DNA from: an uncultured delta proteobacterium
GTDB taxonomy: Bacteria > Desulfobacterota > Desulfuromonadia > Geobacterales > DSM-12255
DNA length: 64,000 bases
Reading direction: 5' to 3'
NCBI GenBank assembly: GCA_963787125.1
Contig: CAWBBV010000001.1
Span: 32,001-96,000, forward strand
This document shows, one piece after another, positions 58,129 to 64,000 of this stretch; position 1 is the first letter of the stretch; every line of letters starts with the position of its first letter. The position numbers and the translations under genes are program-made. The notes below the pieces were generated by a model. That model did no database searches, was not told the origin of the DNA, and saw only the letters and a program-made list of their open reading frames with translations.

Positions 58129-60301
58129 GAGCCGGCACTTTCCTTATCACTTTATGGTAACTTTTCACCGAATTGCCAAGGTCCTCCAGCTCCATCATGA
58201 AACCGACGATCTCGAAGTATGCTATCGCATCCTGTAAAACTCTGGTGCACTCCATGGCGTCAGCCGGTTGCTGCTCAGGGGTGCAGATAACTATCTGCTG
58301 GCTCTCAGTCAGATGCCAGGCAACAAAGGCTCTGTAGTGTCCACCGGATTTTGTCGCAATTATATACCCTTTACATCTCTGGGTGTTATTCCCCGCCAGT
58401 ACGGCCTGAACAGTGTTGCTGGAGGAGAGGATTGCAATTATTTCAGCCGGAGCGGAATATTCAATGACGCTCAGCCCCGGGTCGATGCTGAACTCTGTTG
58501 TCGAGAGCCCACTGCTGCCGCAAAAACTGCCAAATTCATTTAAGAGACCGTTAGTGATCTCAGGCTCACCGCTAACAGGTGCATCGGCAATATCATCCTC
58601 CGTTGCAACCGGCACTTGCAGCGGCATGGCAACCGGAATGGAGGGCTGAGTGACTGCCTCAACCGCTTCTGGACGTAACAGTTGAGGCGCAAGTGCTGCT
58701 GCGACAATAGCGGGGTTAGCGGCCGTAATTACCGGCGTTGGCGGCTGTTGTGCCGGGGTCGCCGCCGGTTCGGGCGACGACGCAACTGGAACATTGATAA
58801 TGGCAACAGTGGCGGCCGCTTTCTCTGCTTGAATGCCTGCTGTAAGGGCACCGGTCGGTGGTGGACCGGCGACAAGCAACAGCTTTAATTCGGACAACAG
58901 AGCTGTTTTTTCCATTTCAGCAGCTTGACTCCTGACTTCAATCTCCCGGGATAATCTCAGGATCTCAGCGTCAGCAATGTAGAGCGCATCAAGCAGTTCA
59001 GCCTCTTTGTTGATTTTTTCCGTTGCCATCCTTATGTATTCAGCTTCGACTGCAGTCAAATCAGCCTGAACAGCCTCCCGATCAACAGTCGTTCTGATCA
59101 GTCGTTCGATTTCGGTTTTAGCTGCGGCAAGCTCATCTTCCAGTGTTGCCAGCTTCACTGTCGCAACAGATTCATTGACCAGATTGTCTTGAGCGGTTTC
59201 CAGCTCAGCTTTTAACTGGTCAATCTGCTCATTCAGAATATCAATGTTGCGGCAAAGATCTTCTTCCCGATGTTGTCCGTCTCTCCAGGAGGTTTCAAAA
59301 AGAGACAGAGCGGCAATCTTGTCTTCTGCTGCCGTCTTCTCAGCGAAGAGAAGGGCGCTTAACGAATCTTTTTCAGCGATCAACTGCGAGATCTTCTCGG
59401 CAGCTGAATCCTTTTCTGCTGCAAGCTCATGCATAAGCTGAAAATTCTGGATTTTAAAGCCATCAATTGACCCCTGCAGTGCTGTGATCCGGGCGTTAAG
59501 AGACTCTTCACACAGCGCCGCCTTTCTTGAAGCTACTTCAAGATTGCTTTTCAGTGTTGCTGCCAGTGCCTCTTGTTTACGGATTTCAGGAATGAAAATA
59601 TCCCTTTTGACAGTGTCAATTTCGTTAGCAAGTTTCTCATCACTAAGCTGTTTCAATTCGGCCGCTTTATCAAGTGACGCTTTGAGTGCCGCAATCTCAC
59701 GGACGGCACTCACCTCAAAAGCAAGTTTTTCGCTGGTCATCTTCTCCAGGGCAGCGCGGGTAGATAAAAGCTCGGCCTGAAGAGTGCTAAGCTCTAATGA
59801 AGCGGTCGCGAATTGGCTCGTAGAAATTGCTGCGATATCGTGGGCGGTTGCCAGTGCCAGCACAGATAAAGCCTTTTCAGGGGCAGGAAAACTGGCTTGG
59901 GTGCGTAACACCGGTTTTTTCTGCGGCGGCCGCATGACACTAATTCCTTTAATGATGACCTCGCGCATCGCCAGGCTGAACTCCAGGTTCACTCTCTCCA
60001 TGGAAAAACCCATTGCCTGGACAAATTCTTCTGCCTCTGCTAGAACTTTAGGATAGTCTTCGCTGGTATCAGCAGAGAAGTCCGACGTATAAACAAAGAC
60101 GCTCTTTATCCCCATCTCAAGGAGTGCAACATGCGCCTGCATAGTCTTTTCGACTCTGGAGACACAGATGTATGCTTCGCAAGGATGCCCCCGAAATCTG
60201 GCGTCAGAAAGCTGCACCTCACCTTTGGAACGGTAGATTTCAATGATGTGCTGAGCGGGAATATTGATATAATTCAACGAAGGGTTGATGGCAAAGCTCA
60301 T
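58115..60301 (-). CDS. Hypothetical protein: two related terminal domains linked by long coiled coil and Pro/Ala linker
   Basis: 728-aa ORF; heptad-rich centre; both ends share F.I.P.L..I and GF.ME motifs. Confidence 0.8.
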   Translation of the reverse strand: MSFAINPSLNYINIPAQHIIEIYRSKGEVQLSDARFRGHPCEAYICVSRVEKTMQAHVALLEMGIKSVFVYTSDFSADTSEDYPKVLAEAEEFVQAMGFSMERVNLEFSLAMREVIIKGISVMRPPQKKPVLRTQASFPAPEKALSVLALATAHDIAAISTSQFATASLELSTLQAELLSTRAALEKMTSEKLAFEVSAVREIAALKASLDKAAELKQLSDEKLANEIDTVKRDIFIPEIRKQEALAATLKSNLEVASRKAALCEESLNARITALQGSIDGFKIQNFQLMHELAAEKDSAAEKISQLIAEKDSLSALLFAEKTAAEDKIAALSLFETSWRDGQHREEDLCRNIDILNEQIDQLKAELETAQDNLVNESVATVKLATLEDELAAAKTEIERLIRTTVDREAVQADLTAVEAEYIRMATEKINKEAELLDALYIADAEILRLSREIEVRSQAAEMEKTALLSELKLLLVAGPPPTGALTAGIQAEKAAATVAIINVPVASSPEPAATPAQQPPTPVITAANPAIVAAALAPQLLRPEAVEAVTQPSIPVAMPLQVPVATEDDIADAPVSGEPEITNGLLNEFGSFCGSSGLSTTEFSIDPGLSVIEYSAPAEIIAILSSSNTVQAVLAGNNTQRCKGYIIATKSGGHYRAFVAWHLTESQQIVICTPEQQPADAMECTRVLQDAIAYFEIVGFMMELEDLGNSVKSYHKVIRKVPALKRK

Positions 60302-60397
60302 GGTTCACCCCATTTTCAGCCAGATTTCAGTTATTGTTTTTTAGCGGAATAGACAAACTATACTCTTCACAAGTAGTCGGGATTATAAAGGATAAAC

Positions 60398-60607
60398 ATG
60401 AAAATAAATAGTGATTACATCAAACTGGATAGTTTCCTCAAGGCAGTCAACGAGGTAGCTTCCGGCGGAGAAGCAAAGGTTATTATCGGCGAAGGGTTGG
60501 TAGAAGTTAACAGCGAAACTGAATTCAGACGTGGCAGGAAACTGCGGCCAGGAGACCGCGTTGAGCTGAACGGCAAAGCCTATCGTGTCGAAGGTGAAGA
60601 CGAATGA
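60398..60607 (+). CDS. S4-domain RNA-binding protein (YaaA/YbcJ-like)
   Basis: YIKLDSFLK....SGGEAK..I..G.V.VN.E.E.RRGRKL. Confidence 0.92.
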   Translation: MKINSDYIKLDSFLKAVNEVASGGEAKVIIGEGLVEVNSETEFRRGRKLRPGDRVELNGKAYRVEGEDE

Positions 60608-61080
60608 GCGCGATCAAAACGCTGGTGAAACTTTATCAGGCTAAGATCGGCTGTGAAGTTCACGTCGGCGACTGGCTGACCGTTGAGCAGCAAAGAATTG
60701 ATGCTTTTGCTGCTGCAACCGGCGATCTCCAATGGATTCATACCGATCCTGCAAGGGCAGCCATAGAGTCACCGTATCAGGCGACCATTGCTCATGGCTT
60801 CCTGACGCTGTCACTGCTGCCGCTTCTCACTGAAAGCAATGCTGTCGGGACGTTTGAGAAAAACTATCCCGGCATGAAACTGAGGGTCAACTACGGTCTG
60901 GAAAAAGTACGCTTTCCGGCGCCCGTCATAACCGGGGCGAGAGTCAGGGCGAGAAGTCTGGTAACAGCGGTGGAAGAGGTCTCCGGTGGGGTGCAGATCG
61001 CCTACAGAATCACTGTGGAGATAGAGAGTGGAGCAAAGCCTGCTTGTGTGGTGGAGCAGCTTTTCAGGCTTTATCCGTAG
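60604..61080 (+). CDS. MaoC family dehydratase
   Basis: FAAATGDLQWIHTD, TIAHGFLTLSL, VNYGLEKVRF. Confidence 0.93.
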   Translation: MSAIKTLVKLYQAKIGCEVHVGDWLTVEQQRIDAFAAATGDLQWIHTDPARAAIESPYQATIAHGFLTLSLLPLLTESNAVGTFEKNYPGMKLRVNYGLEKVRFPAPVITGARVRARSLVTAVEEVSGGVQIAYRITVEIESGAKPACVVEQLFRLYP

Positions 61081-61097
61081 ATAATATTGTTTTCGCC

Positions 61098-61139
61098 GAC
61101 AAAAAAAGCGCCGACCTTGCGGTCAGCGCTTTTTTTGTC
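61098..61139. terminator. Bidirectional intrinsic terminator
   Basis: A7-GCGCCGACC-TTGC-GGTCAGCGC-T7 between convergent genes. Confidence 0.9.
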
Positions 61140-61154
61140 TTGGTGTTGAACCGA

Positions 61155-63224
61155 CTACATATATCTGGCCAAAAGCGGTACCAGCATCAGCGAAACGATA
61201 TTAATGATCTTGATCATCGGGTTGATAGCCGGTCCGGCAGTATCTTTGTACGGATCACCGACTGTATCGCCGGTAACTGCTGCCTTATGGGCTTCGCCAC
61301 CTTTGCCGCCATGATGACCATCTTCGATATACTTCTTGGCATTATCCCAGGCGCCGCCACCAGTGGTCATGGAGATGGCAACGAAGATGCCGGTGACGAT
61401 TGTGCCGACGATTACCCCGCCCAGCGCCTTGGGGCCGAGGGTGAAGCCGATAACAACCGGTGCGAGAATCGGGATCAGGCCTGGAATGACCATCTCTTTC
61501 AGTGCGGTCTTGGTAACGATATCAACACAGGCAGCATAATCCGGCTTGCCGGTGCCTTCCATGATCCCTTTGATTTCACGGAACTGGCGACGGACTTCAA
61601 CAACAACTGCTCCACCGGCCTTACCGACAGCATCCATGCACTGAGCAGCAAAGTAGTAAGGGAGCATGCCGCCAAGAAAGAGGCCGACAATTATGTAGGG
61701 GTCGGAAAGGTCAAACTTGATAATCTCTTTACCGGCAAGATGCAGCGCGTGATTGAGTTCATCAACATATGAGGTGAAAAGGATGACGGCAGCAAGACCG
61801 GCGGAGCCGATGGCATACCCCTTGGTAACAGCCTTGGTGGTATTGCCGACTGCGTCGAGCGGATCTGTGACTGCGCGTACTGAGTCGTCAAGCTCCGCCA
61901 TTTCAGCAATGCCGCCGGCATTATCGGTTATCGGGCCGTAAGCGTCCATGGCGACAACGATGCCGGTGAGGGAGAGCATTGATACTGCAGCGATGGCAAT
62001 GCCGTAAACGCCGGCGCATTTGTAGGCGACAACAATCCCGGCTGCAATAACGATTACCGGCAGAGCGGTGGATTTCATGGAGATGCCCAGGCCGGCGATG
62101 ATGTTGGTACCGTGACCGGTGGTGGATGCCTGGGCAATATGTTGCACAGGGCCATACTCAGTAGCGGTGTAATACTCTGTGATCCAGAAAATGGCGCCGG
62201 TTACGACCAGGCCGACTATGGCCGAGATGAAGATGTTCATGGCGCTGAAGTTCTGTCCGGCTGCGTTGGTAAGCCCGCCAGGGAACATCTGCACTGTGAC
62301 GAAATAAAAGGCGATGCAGGCGAGGACGCCGGAAACAATCAGACCTTTATAGAGAGCCGTCATGATTTTCTTGCTGCCGCCAAGTTTAACGAAGAAAGTG
62401 CCGATGATGGAGGTTATGATGGAAATGCCGCCAAGGATAAGCGGATAGCTGACCGAAGCAGGACTGGTTGTGAAGGTGATCGCGCCAAGCAGCATCGCAG
62501 CGATCAGGGTCACGGCATAGGTTTCAAACAGGTCTGCTGCCATACCGGCGCAGTCACCGACGTTGTCGCCAACGTTGTCGGCGATAACCGCCGGGTTACG
62601 TGGATCGTCTTCGGGGATTCCGGCTTCTACCTTGCCGACCAGGTCGGCGCCGACGTCAGCACCCTTGGTGAAGATACCACCACCAAGACGGGCGAAAATG
62701 GAGATCAGTGAACCACCAAAACCAAGACCAACCAGCTGATTGACAATTTCATTTGTCGGTGCACCCGGCATCAGCTTGATCAAAACCAGGTAGTAACCGG
62801 CAACGCCTAAAAGACCGAGACCAACCACCAGCATACCGGTGATGGCGCCACCCTTGAAAGCAACATTGAGGGCTTTTTCAATGCCACCTTTGGCCGCTTC
62901 CGTAGTACGGACATTGGCTCGCACTGAGACGAACATGCCGATAAAACCGGTCAGACCGGAAAAAAGAGCCCCGACAGCGAAACCGACAGCGGTTTTGGCG
63001 CCGAGAGTGGCAAAGAGGGCTACAAACATTATTGCACCCACAACAGCGATAATAGTGTACTGACGCTTCATGTAGGCGCCAGCCCCTTCCTGAATCGCAG
63101 CGGCAATCTGGCGCATCCGGTCATTCCCCTGCGGGAGAGCCAAAATCCAGTTTGCTGATAAAAGACCGTAGACAACCGCTGCAGCAGCGCATGCCAATGC
63201 AAAATAGATGGCGTACTGTTCCAT
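61155..63224 (-). CDS. hppA: Membrane proton-pumping pyrophosphatase, K+-independent type
   Basis: [46 protein letters not shown] has the Lys diagnostic of K+-independence. Confidence 0.95.
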   Translation of the reverse strand: MEQYAIYFALACAAAAVVYGLLSANWILALPQGNDRMRQIAAAIQEGAGAYMKRQYTIIAVVGAIMFVALFATLGAKTAVGFAVGALFSGLTGFIGMFVSVRANVRTTEAAKGGIEKALNVAFKGGAITGMLVVGLGLLGVAGYYLVLIKLMPGAPTNEIVNQLVGLGFGGSLISIFARLGGGIFTKGADVGADLVGKVEAGIPEDDPRNPAVIADNVGDNVGDCAGMAADLFETYAVTLIAAMLLGAITFTTSPASVSYPLILGGISIITSIIGTFFVKLGGSKKIMTALYKGLIVSGVLACIAFYFVTVQMFPGGLTNAAGQNFSAMNIFISAIVGLVVTGAIFWITEYYTATEYGPVQHIAQASTTGHGTNIIAGLGISMKSTALPVIVIAAGIVVAYKCAGVYGIAIAAVSMLSLTGIVVAMDAYGPITDNAGGIAEMAELDDSVRAVTDPLDAVGNTTKAVTKGYAIGSAGLAAVILFTSYVDELNHALHLAGKEIIKFDLSDPYIIVGLFLGGMLPYYFAAQCMDAVGKAGGAVVVEVRRQFREIKGIMEGTGKPDYAACVDIVTKTALKEMVIPGLIPILAPVVIGFTLGPKALGGVIVGTIVTGIFVAISMTTGGGAWDNAKKYIEDGHHGGKGGEAHKAAVTGDTVGDPYKDTAGPAINPMIKIINIVSLMLVPLLARYM

Positions 63225-63533
63225 TTCCTAATTTCCTCCTTTATTTAACGCCTTGCGAAAGCGCTTATAAGCAAAAACGGATCATAATTAAAGGAATCCG
63301 GCAACTTTGTCAATATGTATTAGCTCTTACAAAGTGTATACATTTTTTCAATCAATTAATCTTGTGTCAAAACTTATCTCTGCTATACTGTCAAGATAGA
63401 CAAAGTTGGCAGTAGCAACGTGTCAAAGCATGTGAAAACAGGTCGATTTTATTGCTTTATTCCGATTTAAACGCTTCCATTTTACTTTTATATATCTTGA
63501 CAGAATCGCCGTTTTTGCAATAAGGTGTCATTT

Positions 63534-64000
63534 ATGAAAGAGTCACTGCCAAATCACAAAGATGAGTTTGTTTCGCTAAAGCTGAAGCTGATGGAAGAGC
63601 GTTGCCGGAAAAATGGCCTTTCCCTGACAATTCAGCGCCGCGCAATTCTGGAAAACCTCTCTTCCCGCAAGGATCACCCGACAGCTGATCAGATCTTTGC
63701 AGCGATACAGAACAGGGTTGCCGGGGTTTCACGCACTACCGTCTACCGGGTTCTGGAGACTTTTGTCCAGCTCGGCTTGGCCCAAAAGATCAGTAATCCT
63801 GAGGCTAAGGCGCGCTTTGACGCCGATACTACCAGACATCATCATGCTTCCTGCATAGAGTGCGAAAAAATCATTGATATTGACAGTTCCGTTTTACCCG
63901 ATATTGACCTGAGCAAGGCCGACCTGAAAGGTTTTGAAGTGTTCGACTGCTCCGTGGTTGCTGTTGGGCTCTGTAGCGACTGCAGCAGTAAAGCCGGGGT
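63534..64000 (+). CDS. Fur family transcriptional regulator (PerR-like), runs off window end
   Basis: Manual translation: LTIQRRAILE, DHPTADQI, VSRTTVYR, RFDA...HHHASCIEC, CSDC; absent from ORF track because no stop in window. Confidence 0.92.
   Translation, partial: MKESLPNHKDEFVSLKLKLMEERCRKNGLSLTIQRRAILENLSSRKDHPTADQIFAAIQNRVAGVSRTTVYRVLETFVQLGLAQKISNPEAKARFDADTTRHHHASCIECEKIIDIDSSVLPDIDLSKADLKGFEVFDCSVVAVGLCSDCSSKAG

Noticed and set aside
61044..61772. 242-aa plus-strand ORF
   Set aside because: Antisense to hppA and crosses a terminator

Overview
Chromosomal window that looks like a Geobacteraceae/Desulfuromonadia deltaproteobacterium (inferred from gene content). Housekeeping genes (tadA, queF, glnE, mtnA, gatCAB, pcrA, a tRNA nucleotidyltransferase, hppA, a partial Fur/PerR regulator) surround three accessory blocks. 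(1) 8.8-20.4 kb: a sigma-54-driven lipid/acyl-CoA operon (thiolase, SDR, membrane protein, nitroreductase-ferredoxin fusion, CoA ligase, an atypical signal-peptide-bearing oleate-hydratase homolog, MFS) with a divergent enhancer-binding protein and readable -24/-12, IHF and UAS-like sites. (2) 23.6-36.8 kb: a ~13 kb integrase-less island bounded by a 44-bp direct repeat of the 3' end of a membrane spermidine-synthase gene. It carries one minus-strand gene run: methyltransferase, hypothetical, GNAT, DUF6916-like, three tail-collar paralogs, a ~1500-aa adhesin, a partner sharing its C-terminal domain, an FN3-like protein, a 65-aa Tat-like precursor peptide, an RRE-like/HPr-kinase-like protein and a nucleotidyltransferase. 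This is the best candidate for an uncharacterised system (RiPP-like peptide modification coupled to a surface fibre/adhesin). (3) 41.3-53.8 kb: a type I R-M locus with cargo genes, including a four-helix-bundle gene framed by 9-bp-periodic inverted repeats and split by an intact IS3 element. A CxxU selenoprotein with a SECIS-like hairpin (2811-3062) is missed by the ORF track. All family calls come from motif recognition; no database search was run.
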